The notes below the pieces were generated by a model that saw only the letters and a program-made list of their open reading frames with translations, did not search any database and was not told where the DNA came from. This document shows, in pieces, positions 8,895 to 19,102 of a DNA stretch of 47,202 nucleotides. A program made the position numbers and the translations under genes. This DNA comes from an uncultured Spirochaetia bacterium (GTDB taxonomy: Bacteria > Spirochaetota > CALGPD01): NCBI GenBank assembly GCA_964449345.1, contig CAYUYT010000004.1:1-47202 (forward strand), in the 5' to 3' direction. The stretch's first letter is position 1, and each line of letters opens with the position of its first letter.

Positions 8895-9563
8895 ATGGCT
8901 AAAACTATAAAACGAAAAATATTAAAAAATAAACGCGTTGTGGTTACCGCAGGCGCAAGTATGGAAGATATTGATCCTGTCAGGTACATTACTAACAGAA
9001 GTTCAGGAAAAATGGGTATTCGTTTTGCGGAAGTTGCAAAGCAGATGGGCGCAGAGGTTATTTTAATTCACGGACACGTTGACCAACCTTTGCCAAAAGG
9101 CGTTAAAACCGTATGCGTACGCGGAGCATTGGAAACATTAGATGAGCTTAAAAACTACCTTGAAAATGCTCAAGTTTTAATAATGGCAGGAGCTATTTCC
9201 GACTACCGTGTAAAAGACGTTAGCGGTCAAAAAATTAAAAAAGGTGATGAAAATCTAAAAATTGAACTAGTTAAAAATCCGGATATTTTGAAAACGCTTA
9301 AACCGGATAAGGGGGACAGGATTCACGTTAGCTTTGCCCTTGAAACGGAAAATCTGCTTGAAAACGCAAAGAAAAAATTGAAAGAAAAGGGAGCTGATTT
9401 GCTCGTTGCTAATAAGGCAGATAGTTTCGGCAAAGATGAAACAGAAGTTTATTTGCTTCATCAAAACGGCAGCACAGACCACATAAAAGCAACGGACAAA
9501 TCTAATATTGCCCGTTTAGTTTTAACAGAAGTGTACAAATTATTAAACGGAAATAATATATAA
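8895..9563 (+). CDS. coaB: phosphopantothenate--cysteine ligase domain protein (stand-alone CoaB)
   Basis: 222 aa. VVVTAGASMEDIDPVRYITNRSSGKMG matches the CoaB half of CoaBC. No flavoprotein (CoaC) half is fused. GGAG RBS upstream. Confidence 0.8.
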   Translation: MAKTIKRKILKNKRVVVTAGASMEDIDPVRYITNRSSGKMGIRFAEVAKQMGAEVILIHGHVDQPLPKGVKTVCVRGALETLDELKNYLENAQVLIMAGAISDYRVKDVSGQKIKKGDENLKIELVKNPDILKTLKPDKGDRIHVSFALETENLLENAKKKLKEKGADLLVANKADSFGKDETEVYLLHQNGSTDHIKATDKSNIARLVLTEVYKLLNGNNI

Positions 9564-9572
9564 TTAGGAGGA

Positions 9573-10205
9573 ATGATGAATATACAGGAATTTGAGAAAT
9601 TAGCAAAATCACGTTGTTCGCACCGTAAATATTTGCAGGATGAAATTCCAAAGCAAGATGTTGAAAAGATGGTGGAACTTGCTGTAACTGCGCCGAGCGG
9701 GCATAATTTGCAGCCGTGGAAATTCATTGCAATTACATCGGATAAATTGAAAAGCAAAATGGTGCAGGCAATTACAGATGAACTTAATAAGATTAAATCT
9801 GCGTTGGATGAAAAATACGCGGACAAACTTGATAAGTTTTCTTTTTTCATAACGCATTTTGAAACTGCGCCTTTGGCTTTTGCTGTCTTAGGTAGAAAAG
9901 ATGAATACATCAGTGCTAAAATTCGTGAAATATCAAATGGTGCTATGGCTAAACCTGAACATTTTGACATGGAATTATTGGGAATCGGTGCGGCAATTCA
10001 AAATTTATTATTAAGTGCAACGTCAATGGGATACGGAACGTGCTGGCTTACAGCGCCGATAAATTATGCTCAAGAAGCACTTGAAAAAGTTTTAGAAATC
10101 GAAAATTCGTACAATTTAATTTCTATTTTAGCAATCGGTAAACCTACTAAGGATAGAAAACAGCCGCAAAGAAAACCGCTTGACCATGTATTGAGTTTTA
10201 AATAG
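9573..10205 (+). CDS. nitroreductase family protein
   Basis: 210 aa. RCSHRKY near the N-terminus, APSGHNLQPWKF, GTCWL. Follows coaB by 9 nt with an AGGAGG RBS. Confidence 0.8.
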   Translation: MMNIQEFEKLAKSRCSHRKYLQDEIPKQDVEKMVELAVTAPSGHNLQPWKFIAITSDKLKSKMVQAITDELNKIKSALDEKYADKLDKFSFFITHFETAPLAFAVLGRKDEYISAKIREISNGAMAKPEHFDMELLGIGAAIQNLLLSATSMGYGTCWLTAPINYAQEALEKVLEIENSYNLISILAIGKPTKDRKQPQRKPLDHVLSFK

Positions 10206-10238
10206 AATTTACCCCAAGTGTGGGGACACCGAAATAAA

Positions 10239-10270
10239 GGGTGGCACGTATTTTTCGTTGCCGCCTTTTC
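10239..10270 (+). terminator. intrinsic terminator between convergent genes
   Basis: Stem ggtggca / tgccgcc followed by ttttctc. A second small hairpin, cccca-agtg-tgggg, sits just upstream. Coordinates are approximate. Confidence 0.5.
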
Positions 10271-10277
10271 TCACTCT

Positions 10278-11867
10278 TCATCTGATTATAAGCTGAATGC
10301 ATCCAATTAAAAAACCTAAAATTGCCCCGAAAACATTAATCCATTTTAATTGGTCTTTAATAATTTTTAAAATAATGTCTTCAACCTCTTCCAGAGGGAA
10401 AGAATCAATACGCGTTTTTACAAGGCTTTCCAAATCCAAAGTTTCAAGAACAACGGGGAGCTCTCTGTCTATTAAAAAAACTACGTAATGCATCATACGT
10501 TTTGAAATGTCAAGAATAGTTGACTTTTTGACTTTCAACAAATTTTGCAATGAGCCGATTTTTTTATTGAAAATAAAATCATGCAAACGCGTTTTAATAA
10601 AACCCATAATTCTATCAATGCCCTCATGGCTTGAAAGGTAATGAATGATACTTGTCATAACGCGTTTTTTTATTTCCGTTTTTTCTTCATCATCGATAAA
10701 CGAAGCGAGCTTTTTCTTTTCAAGGTCAAAACCGGAAGTTACTTCGCGTAAAAACAAAACAATTTTTTCCGGATCTTTTATAGCATCTTCAAAAATATTT
10801 CTAAAAAACATTAAAAGCTTTTTTAAGGGGATACCCGATTCGGATGTTAATTCAGACATTTGTTTATCAAGAAAATGACCTAAAAATAAATCGACTTTAT
10901 CTTCAAGATAATCCATGAAAATTATGTCTTTGCTCATTTCAGAAATTTCCGTTCCAAGGCGGTCGATAAAATAGGGTATTTTATCGGCAATTTTATTTTC
11001 AACTCCGAGTATTTCAACAACTACGCTTTGTAAGATATTTAAACTGCTTACGTAATCTTTGACAACTTGCAAAATTTTTTCCTGAATAACGCCTTTTATA
11101 CGGGGGTCGTCAAGCCATGTTGAAACATTAACCATTAATGAAGGTAAACGACTTTTAATATAGTTTGCAATAATATCAACCATGCTTTCGGGAATAACTT
11201 CGCGTACGGGTTTTCCCGATTTAAAAATTTCATTGAAAAAATCTTGAACAATAACAAAAATTCTATCTTGAAGACCTTGTTTTTGCAAAGTATCGCTGGT
11301 GATTTTTGCAATCGCGTTCTGAATAACATCAGCCCCTATTATATCGTCAACGCTTTTATCTAAAAACGCATCAAGTATTTTATCAAGAAGTGTTTTTAAT
11401 ATTGCCTGATTATTTTCATTTTTAAAAATGCTTCCAATGAAAACTTTGATTTTTTCAAAAATCATTTCATAATAAAATTCAAAATCCGCTCTGAAAGCTT
11501 TTTTCATTAATCCTGCAATTGTATCAAATTCATAATTAAGTAAAGTGTTAATGCGTTTTCTTATCCATAGCACAATGCCTTTTTTCATTTCTTTGCTTTT
11601 TACTGTGTTGCGTAATGTTTCCGCATTTAAAAGCTTTTCGCTTACAATTTGTCCGATGCCCTGTGAGATTTTTTGGCGCTGTTTGGGTATTATTCCCGGA
11701 GTAAACGGAACGCGAATTTTGCCTACTCTGTAAGCTTTATACGGCTTAAAAAGCATTTTTACAGCCACCGCATTCGTTACATAACCGATTATTGCACCGA
11801 TTACGGGAGGGAGAATCAACATCCAATCTATTTTATTTAAGAAAGCTAATATTTGTTCCACGAACAT
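10278..11867 (-). CDS. DUF445-family membrane protein
   Basis: ORF 10278-11897; ATG at 11867 is the likelier start. N-terminal TM segment then PFTPGIIPKQRQKISQGIGQIV, typical of DUF445. C-terminal TM segment present. Confidence 0.7.
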   Translation of the reverse strand: MFVEQILAFLNKIDWMLILPPVIGAIIGYVTNAVAVKMLFKPYKAYRVGKIRVPFTPGIIPKQRQKISQGIGQIVSEKLLNAETLRNTVKSKEMKKGIVLWIRKRINTLLNYEFDTIAGLMKKAFRADFEFYYEMIFEKIKVFIGSIFKNENNQAILKTLLDKILDAFLDKSVDDIIGADVIQNAIAKITSDTLQKQGLQDRIFVIVQDFFNEIFKSGKPVREVIPESMVDIIANYIKSRLPSLMVNVSTWLDDPRIKGVIQEKILQVVKDYVSSLNILQSVVVEILGVENKIADKIPYFIDRLGTEISEMSKDIIFMDYLEDKVDLFLGHFLDKQMSELTSESGIPLKKLLMFFRNIFEDAIKDPEKIVLFLREVTSGFDLEKKKLASFIDDEEKTEIKKRVMTSIIHYLSSHEGIDRIMGFIKTRLHDFIFNKKIGSLQNLLKVKKSTILDISKRMMHYVVFLIDRELPVVLETLDLESLVKTRIDSFPLEEVEDIILKIIKDQLKWINVFGAILGFLIGCIQLIIR

Positions 11868-11982
11868 AAATTTTATAATAATTTTACTAAAAAGCAAGTG
11901 AATAAAAATAACGCGTTGTTTTAAGGATGCACGGGATTAAATAGAAAACGCAGTGAAAATTGAGTTAATATTTAACGTATTT

Positions 11983-12810
11983 TTACAAATTTCCCGCAAG
12001 AAAAAAAACTAAATTCGCAAAAGAATGAGCAATGAAACAGGAAAGCAAACTTTTTCGCCATATATAAATACCGGTTAAAATTGAGGAACTGAAAAAATAT
12101 AGAAAGAAAACGGAAAAATTAATCGGTAAATGTACTCCGGCAAACAAAAGGTTTACAACGAAAAAAGCAATGTATTCGTTTGTATCAGCAGACATTCTAA
12201 CGAATAAAAACCTGCGGAAAAAGATTTCCTCTGCCGCAGGAGCAAATACTCCCCTTGTTAGAATTAGAGCGTAAAAATAATTTTTTGATTGCAAAGAATA
12301 GGAATCAACCAGACGGTTAATTATAACGAGAATGAAAAATAATGCGCAAGCTCCTGCTAGTCCGGTGAAAACGTTGTAAAAAATATTTTTTCCCTTAAAA
12401 ATAAGGCGGAACGGGCTTTTACCGTAATAATTTCTTGAGAAATAGCTTAAAAACGGATAAAGAATAACGTAAATTACGCCAGTGTTATTAAAACGCGTGA
12501 AAGTTTTACTCAACGTATTCCTATTAAAATCCTTAACCGCAAAAGCAAGGAAAACGGACAAAGCTATTATTAGGAAAATAAATATCAGTGTTAATAACTC
12601 GAGAGAAATAAGGGGTTTTTGCTTGGTTTTAAAATAATGGTTGAAATCAAGTAATACGCGGTTTTTTTCTTTTTTTGAAAAACTCTCTTTTTTATCTATT
12701 TGATTATAAATTTTATCTTTTTCGCTTTTTGTAAGATAATCTAAAACCGTTTTTGCGTTGTTTTCTTTTATAATGCCTAATAAAATAGCGCATTTTTTTG
12801 CCGGATTCAT
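11983..12810 (-). CDS. CPBP-family intramembrane glutamic endopeptidase with extra N-terminal soluble domain
   Basis: 275 aa. CPBP motifs APAAEEIFFRRFLF and HSFANL. Multiple TM segments. Confidence 0.75.
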   Translation of the reverse strand: MNPAKKCAILLGIIKENNAKTVLDYLTKSEKDKIYNQIDKKESFSKKEKNRVLLDFNHYFKTKQKPLISLELLTLIFIFLIIALSVFLAFAVKDFNRNTLSKTFTRFNNTGVIYVILYPFLSYFSRNYYGKSPFRLIFKGKNIFYNVFTGLAGACALFFILVIINRLVDSYSLQSKNYFYALILTRGVFAPAAEEIFFRRFLFVRMSADTNEYIAFFVVNLLFAGVHLPINFSVFFLYFFSSSILTGIYIWRKSLLSCFIAHSFANLVFFLAGNL

Positions 12811-12864
12811 TTTATAAATAACGGCAAAGCTTTAAAATAAACGGGAAAAATTAATTTTATTTTA

Positions 12865-13482
12865 TTAACGAAATGCCATTTTTTTAACGTATTTCATAGG
12901 AAAATAGCGTCCGGGGCAAACGCGTTCTTCGTGTGTACCGTCTGGTTTGAATAATAACTTATTTCCGTGTATGAGTATTTTACCGTGGGGCACTCCCCCG
13001 TGTCCCATAATATTTTTTTTAGGGATATTGTATTTTTTACACAATTTTTTTATTAACCGGATTAATGATTTTAATTGATTTTTTGTAGGACGGTATTTTT
13101 GAAAATTACCAACAAGGCAAATGCCTATTCCGAAAACGTTGTGATACCAAGCGTCAACCGTTACGTGTGTTCCCGCAATTTGTTCTTTCCATCGAAACCC
13201 GGCTTGAATTTCTCCGTTGCCTGCGCCTCTTCCGTTTCCGATAATGAAATGATATGCGAGCCCCCCGTAACCTTTTTTCGTATGATAAGAATGAAAAGAT
13301 GCAGCCGAACCGGAATTCGTTGCACTGTGATGGATTACAATAAATTTCCAGCCCTTTGCCGAATCAACTGATTTATTGTAAATATCCCGCCACGTAACGC
13401 GCCTGTAAGCGAAAGATTGTTGTTCTTTTTTACACGCTGTTATTAATAAAAAAAGAAATAATATAATAAAAATTTTTTTCAC
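12865..13482 (-). CDS. N-acetylmuramoyl-L-alanine amidase (Amidase_2/PGRP type), lipoprotein
   Basis: 205 aa. Lipobox LLITAC. IVIHHSATNSGSAASFHSYHTKKGYGGLAYHFIIGNG. GTG start. Confidence 0.8.
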   Translation of the reverse strand: MKKIFIILFLFLLITACKKEQQSFAYRRVTWRDIYNKSVDSAKGWKFIVIHHSATNSGSAASFHSYHTKKGYGGLAYHFIIGNGRGAGNGEIQAGFRWKEQIAGTHVTVDAWYHNVFGIGICLVGNFQKYRPTKNQLKSLIRLIKKLCKKYNIPKKNIMGHGGVPHGKILIHGNKLLFKPDGTHEERVCPGRYFPMKYVKKMAFR

Positions 13483-13571
13483 GTTGTTTTTAACACATTA
13501 TTTGTTATCATGGGACAATTTTTTTACTAATTTTATTTTTTATAATCAATTTTAAAAAACGCGTTATGTTT

Positions 13572-14645
13572 CTATGTAAAAATTTTGTCAAAAGGATGCG
13601 AATTCATTTTTGCCGGGTATTCAATTGTTTTTCCCGTTACACCGGCTTTATAAATTGCCATAATCTGTCTAAATGAATTAAGCGCGTGTGTTCCTGATGA
13701 TTCGGGGATTTCTCCTGTTTTTAGATACCGCACAATGCTTTCGGTTAATACAGAGAAAAAGGGCGTATCTTTATATTCCGGAAACTTTTTTTCCTTTAAG
13801 CTATTAAAGTTTTCGTAATACGAGCTTTCCGCCTTAATGTAATATCGATGAATTCCATTTCCAATTGTAATTCTGCCTTTATCACCTTGTAAATCAATTT
13901 CAAAATGAAAGTAATCGCGGTCGGAGCAATCAAGAAATACGTTAATTTGGTCAGAATAATTCATAAAGCATTGAACATTTTGTTCGACTTTTGCGCCGTT
14001 ATTAGGGAATTTTATCTGTGCCTGAATGTTAATTGGGTCGGTTTCATTAAGTAAAAACCGTAAAGTATCAATTAAATGCGTCCCGTCATGAAGTAAAATT
14101 CCTCCGCCTGATTTTCTATAATCATCATCTTCGTTAGGCGGGGAAGTAGATATATTGCAAAGTATGGTTTTAATTTTTCCGATAATACCTGAGTTTAAAA
14201 GGTCTCTGACTTTAATATAATCCGGGGAAAAACGCCTTGAATGATTTACAACAAGCAATGACCCTGCATTTTTACAAAGAGACACTATTTTTTCAGCGTC
14301 TTTAAGATTTGAAGCAATGGGTTTTTCACAAAGTATAATTTTCACTTTATGTTTAACGAGTTCTTCAATTATTTCAAGTCGAGTTTCAAGAGGCGTTGCA
14401 ATAGATACAACGTCGAATTTATTTTCATCTAACATTTTTTTAAAATCAAAGTATATTTTTTTTACGTTCCATTTGGATGAAAATAATTTCAACCGTTCTT
14501 CATCAGTATCAGTTCCTGCAATGAGTTCAATATTAGGGTTTTTTATATAACTTTCTGCATGAGTACACGGTTTTTCTCTTAATTTGTCCTCCGATAACAT
14601 ACTTCCAATGCGTCCACATCCAATTAATCCGGCTTTAAATTTCAC
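13572..14645 (-). CDS. Gfo/Idh/MocA-family oxidoreductase
   Basis: ORF track extends to 14756. GTG at 14645 is preceded by GGAGA and gives VKFKAGLIGCGRIG (Rossmann motif) at the N-terminus. The CEKP motif is present. Confidence 0.8.
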   Translation of the reverse strand: MKFKAGLIGCGRIGSMLSEDKLREKPCTHAESYIKNPNIELIAGTDTDEERLKLFSSKWNVKKIYFDFKKMLDENKFDVVSIATPLETRLEIIEELVKHKVKIILCEKPIASNLKDAEKIVSLCKNAGSLLVVNHSRRFSPDYIKVRDLLNSGIIGKIKTILCNISTSPPNEDDDYRKSGGGILLHDGTHLIDTLRFLLNETDPINIQAQIKFPNNGAKVEQNVQCFMNYSDQINVFLDCSDRDYFHFEIDLQGDKGRITIGNGIHRYYIKAESSYYENFNSLKEKKFPEYKDTPFFSVLTESIVRYLKTGEIPESSGTHALNSFRQIMAIYKAGVTGKTIEYPAKMNSHPFDKIFT

Positions 14646-14978
14646 TTGTATCTCCGATTTATATATTAAACTTAAAGTATTTATTAATATAATTCTAAAA
14701 AGTATTTTTATTAATAAATTTTTTGCTATACTAATGTGATTACAAAACCAAAGCACTAAAATTTAAAATCCATAGTTTCTTTGAATTTATAATATTATTA
14801 GTTATTTGGTTTAAAAAATATCAAAAGATATAATACACCATTAACAAATAAAGTCAATATTTTATTTTTAAAACCATAAAAAAAGATTTCGGTCATACGC
14901 TATACTATTATCATAATCGCCATAGGCTAATGTCGCCTTTATTTAGAATAAAAATTTGGTAAATGTTTGAATATAATA

Positions 14979-15084
14979 TATACTAAAGTGATTTTAAAAT
15001 CAAAGTATTGTATATTGTAATTGCTTTTCAACCGACACTTTAAAGTGTCGGTTGCATAAAATTTAAAGTATTATTAGTATATAT
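14979..15084 (+). repeat. 106-bp MITE-like dispersed repeat, copy 2
   Basis: Identical by eye to 605-710. Confidence 0.85.
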
Positions 15085-15597
15085 CTAAATTTCCGTTAAT
15101 AAAACGAGAAATAATTTTGATAAAAACATCTTTTGCAATATTCATATTTTGTTTAATTGCCGTATATACTTATACAATAACACCGTAAATTATAGGGTAG
15201 GTTTAGCCGGCCCCGCTGGTTGGATGCGGGGCTAGCTAAATAAATTTATGATTTTTAAAATTATTTTCTTACTTTTGAAATATCCGTAGAATTAATATAA
15301 CACGGTTTACCTTCGTTAGTTCCTTTGCATTTTAAGCAAGGGTTGTTTTTCATATGTTGTAATCTTTTACTGTGCGGTAAAAACTTTTTCCAATAACACA
15401 TTTTATCTTCACCTTCTTATTAATTATCTGTGCTATTATATATATCAAATACTGTGCCATTTTATATAAAAAAAGTTGATGCTCTAATTTATTGTTAGAT
15501 AGGAATTTAGAATTTTGTATATTTCTTTTAGTAGTGAAACTTATATACACTGTTGCAAAAAAAACACACAAATTCTGTGTTGAATTCAACACAAATT

Positions 15598-16494
15598 TTA
15601 TATACGGTTTAAAGGATGGTTTTTATTGTGTGTATTTTTAAGCTGGGTGCTGTCCAGATGGGTATAAATTTGCGTTGTGGAAATATCCGAATGCCCGAGC
15701 ATTTCCTGAACACTACGTAAATCCGCACCGTTTTGGATTAAATGCGTTGCGAACGAATGTCTTAATGCGTGAGGGTTTAGGTTTTTATCTATTCCGCTTT
15801 TTAGAGCGTATTTTTTTATTATCTTCCATAAGCCAACGCGGCTGATGGGGTTGCCGTGACGGTTAAGGAAAACTTCGTCATAATCCGTTGTTTTGGCTAT
15901 GAAAGGCCTGCCGGCGTTAAAGTATTTTTTTAGTAAATTAAGAGCAACGCGGCCAATAGGTATAATGCGTTCTTTTGAACCTTTGCCGAAAACTGCAATG
16001 TAACCTTCGCGTGGGTTTATTTGAGAGGATTTAAGTGTAATTAATTCGCTAATTCTAAGACCGCAGGAATACATTAATTCAACTATAGTTTGATCGCGTA
16101 AGTTCATGGGAGTATCTTCGTTAAATGTGTTTAAAAACCGGCTTACTTCTTCTACTGTTAAATAAACGGGAAGCTTTTTTTCAATTCGGGGAGGGTCAAT
16201 GCTTTCAGCCGGGGAATTTTCAATCACCTCTTCGGAGGCAAGGTATAAAAAAAACTGCTTAATCGTAACTAAATTTCTTGCCATACTCCGTTTGGAAATG
16301 CTATCCGAGCGCTTGCCTAGATATTTGGAAATGTCGTCGGTTTGAACATTCCGAACGGTTAACCCCTGTTTATCAAGATAATCGCAGAAAAAACGAACGT
16401 CTCTCTCGTAGCTTTCAACCGTATTTTTTGCAAGACCTTTTTCGTAACGAATAAAATCAACGAACTCTTCAACTAACGAATTAAGATTATCCAC
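15598..16494 (-). CDS. xerD: site-specific tyrosine recombinase XerD (XerC/D family)
   Basis: 298 aa. N-terminal SAM-like domain. Catalytic region with LRISEL, HALRHSFATHL, LGHSDISTTQIYTH. Confidence 0.85.
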   Translation of the reverse strand: MDNLNSLVEEFVDFIRYEKGLAKNTVESYERDVRFFCDYLDKQGLTVRNVQTDDISKYLGKRSDSISKRSMARNLVTIKQFFLYLASEEVIENSPAESIDPPRIEKKLPVYLTVEEVSRFLNTFNEDTPMNLRDQTIVELMYSCGLRISELITLKSSQINPREGYIAVFGKGSKERIIPIGRVALNLLKKYFNAGRPFIAKTTDYDEVFLNRHGNPISRVGLWKIIKKYALKSGIDKNLNPHALRHSFATHLIQNGADLRSVQEMLGHSDISTTQIYTHLDSTQLKNTHNKNHPLNRI

Positions 16495-16518
16495 ATTGTA
16501 CCTCTAATTATGTCGTTT

Positions 16519-17745
16519 TTAATCAAGTAAATGGCCGAGTTTTTCTTTTTTTGTTTGAAGATAATACTTGCTTTCTTCTCTCGGTGGTATAATTATCGGT
16601 ACTCTTTCAAGAACGGTTAAGTCATATCCTTCAAGACCAACAATTTTTCTTGGATTATTCGTTAAAAGGCGTATACTCGTTAACCCTAAATCCTTTAATA
16701 TCTGCGCTCCGATGCCGTAGTCGCGCAAATCGTCCTCAAAACCCAAAGCTTCGTTGGCTTCAACAGTATCAAGTCCTTCTGTTTCCTGTAAATGATAAGC
16801 TTTTATTTTATTTGCAAGGCCTATGCCCCTTCCTTCCTGACGCATATATAAAACAACGCCAAGCCCTTGGGCTTCTATCATTTGCATACTTTTCGTTAGC
16901 TGGTTTCCGCAGTCGCATTTACGAGAAGAAAAAACATCTCCCGTAAGGCATTCGGAATGAACGCGAACCATTACGCTTTTTTTACCTGCAACTTCACCTT
17001 TTACCAAAGCAACGTGCAAGCTTTCGTCAATGTCATTTTCATATACAATTATGCGAAAAGTTCCGCTATCGGTTGGCAAACCCGCCTCACTTACTCTTCG
17101 TATTAATTTTTCCGTTTTACGCCTAAATTCTATTAATTGTCCAACGGAAACAAGTTTTAAACCGTGTTTCTTTTTAAATTCAATGAGTTCGGGCATTCTA
17201 GCCATTGTGCCGTCTTGGTTCATAATCTCTACAATAGCCGCCGCCTCTTTTAAACCCGCTGCACGGCACAAATCAATAGAACCTTCGGTTTGCCCTACAC
17301 GAACGAGAGTGCCTCCCTTTTTAGCTTTCAAAGGGAAAATATGCCCCGGGCGTGCAAAATCATCTGCTTTGGAATTTTCATCTGCAAGTGCAAGAAGAGT
17401 TCTTGCTCTGTCAGCAGCGGAAATACCCGTTGTATTTCCTTTTATTAAATCAACACTAACCGTAAAAGCAGTGTGATGGCTTTCTGTGTTTCGCGTTACC
17501 ATTTGCGGTAATTCAATCTCATGGCAACGCTTTTCTGAAAGTGGGGCGCATAAAAGCCCGCCTGCCTTAATCATAAAATTAATTTTTTCCGGCGTTGCGA
17601 ATTGAGATGCTAAAACGAGGTCTCCTTCGTTTTCACGGTCTTCCCGGTCAATAAGTATAACCATTTTACCGTTTTTTAAATCCTCGATAGCATCTTCAAT
17701 CGGGTCAAGTTCGTGTCTATATTCAGCAAATTCCTGTTTTTTCAT
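16519..17745 (-). CDS. ribBA: bifunctional 3,4-dihydroxy-2-butanone-4-phosphate synthase / GTP cyclohydrolase II
   Basis: 408 aa. DRENEGDLV (RibB) and [21 protein letters not shown] (RibA zinc site). Confidence 0.95.
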   Translation of the reverse strand: MKKQEFAEYRHELDPIEDAIEDLKNGKMVILIDREDRENEGDLVLASQFATPEKINFMIKAGGLLCAPLSEKRCHEIELPQMVTRNTESHHTAFTVSVDLIKGNTTGISAADRARTLLALADENSKADDFARPGHIFPLKAKKGGTLVRVGQTEGSIDLCRAAGLKEAAAIVEIMNQDGTMARMPELIEFKKKHGLKLVSVGQLIEFRRKTEKLIRRVSEAGLPTDSGTFRIIVYENDIDESLHVALVKGEVAGKKSVMVRVHSECLTGDVFSSRKCDCGNQLTKSMQMIEAQGLGVVLYMRQEGRGIGLANKIKAYHLQETEGLDTVEANEALGFEDDLRDYGIGAQILKDLGLTSIRLLTNNPRKIVGLEGYDLTVLERVPIIIPPREESKYYLQTKKEKLGHLLD

Positions 17746-18232
17746 TTATTCTTACCTTAATAATATTTAATAATACCTGAAAATAATTGATTGTTGTCTT
17801 ATTGCAAATGAGTTTCAAACAAAAATAATGCATTACACCAATTTGAATTAAAATTTGTTTTATTTTAATCCCGCCGTAGAGTCTTAAAGATTATTAGAGA
17901 TATTACTTTGTAAAATATTTTTCTGTCAATTTAAATATTTAATACTTAGGGAATAATTTATATAAAAATTATAGTTATTGTTTTTATATCTCTTTTTTCT
18001 CTGCGCCTCCGCGGTGATAGCCATCTTTTAACGAATTTTCGTAAAAATGGAACTAAACATTAATTTTACCTGTGTTTGAAATCCTGTGCTTTTACGACAA
18101 AAATCAAATAGTAACGTTTATAAATTCTAGGTATAATCTAAATTTTGATAAAATTGAGCTATTAATCAAGTAAAACGTAAAAAACTTTTAAATTTATCCA
18201 AGAATAACGAAAAAACTCACGTATACATCAGG

Positions 18233-19102
18233 CTACGAAATTAAATTTTTCCCTGACGGCTTATTTTTTTTAGCTCCGGCTTTGATTAATATTTCCTGTA
18301 TATTAGCATGGCCTTTTAAACCGGCAATATCAAGCGCTGTGTTACCAGAATTATCCGTTGCGTCTATATCCGCCCCTGAAAAAATTAAAAGCTTTACTAT
18401 CTCTGCATAGCCTTTCGCCGAAGCCAGCATTAAAGCCGTTAAACCGTTTTGCGCTTTTTCGTTGACAAGTGCGCCGGATTCAACGAGTTTTTTAGAAATA
18501 TTTATAAAACCTTTACTTGCAGCATACATTAAAGGAGTGAATTGTGTTTCATTTTTAACATTCAAATTTGCTTTATGTTTAATTAATAAATCAACAATTT
18601 CCTCGTTACCCTTTGATACAGCCATAAATAAGGGTGTAATATTTTCAATATTTTTTGCGTTAACATTTGCTCCGTTTTTAATCAGTAATTTGGCGCATTT
18701 AATATTATTTTTCCAGCTTGCCCACATTAAAGCGCTCATTTTGTGAATATCTTTATAGTTTAAATCAGCGCCGTGAGTTATTAACAAGTCCACTATTTTT
18801 GTGTTACCCTTTGTTGAAGCAATTATAAGAGGCGTTGTTTTTACTTCGTTTGCTTTATTAACATGAGCGCCGTTTTTAATTAAGTAATTGCACATTTCAA
18901 TAAAGCCGTTTGCGGAAGCCCATAACAAGCTTGTGTTTCCGCTTTTATCCGTTCCGTTTATATCAGAACCGTTTTTCAGAAAAGATTTGACTTGTTGTAA
19001 GTTGTTTTTTTTTGCCGCTTTAACGAGTTCAGGTTCGATAGATTTTGAGCATGAAACAATAAAAATAAATATTATTGGAATAAACTTCGTTTTTTTTATC
19101 AA
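18233..19102 (-). CDS. ankyrin-repeat lipoprotein
   Basis: 289 aa. Lipobox IVSCS. About 7 ANK repeats (G.T.L..A...G......LL..GA..N). Its start overlaps the rnhC stop by 4 nt. Confidence 0.85.
   Translation of the reverse strand: MIKKTKFIPIIFIFIVSCSKSIEPELVKAAKKNNLQQVKSFLKNGSDINGTDKSGNTSLLWASANGFIEMCNYLIKNGAHVNKANEVKTTPLIIASTKGNTKIVDLLITHGADLNYKDIHKMSALMWASWKNNIKCAKLLIKNGANVNAKNIENITPLFMAVSKGNEEIVDLLIKHKANLNVKNETQFTPLMYAASKGFINISKKLVESGALVNEKAQNGLTALMLASAKGYAEIVKLLIFSGADIDATDNSGNTALDIAGLKGHANIQEILIKAGAKKNKPSGKNLIS

Noticed and set aside
15350-15592. 80-aa ORF downstream of xerD
   Set aside because: It has no RBS, a low-complexity I/K/N/F-rich translation, and lies in an AT-rich intergenic tract. 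It is most likely spurious.
17746-18232. Expected an FMN (RFN) riboswitch in the 490-nt leader upstream of ribBA
   Set aside because: I could not find the conserved RFN core words (such as GGGTGAAATTCCC, CCGACGGT, AGTCCGGATG) on the minus strand. Only an unrelated GC patch (about 18000-18025) is there.
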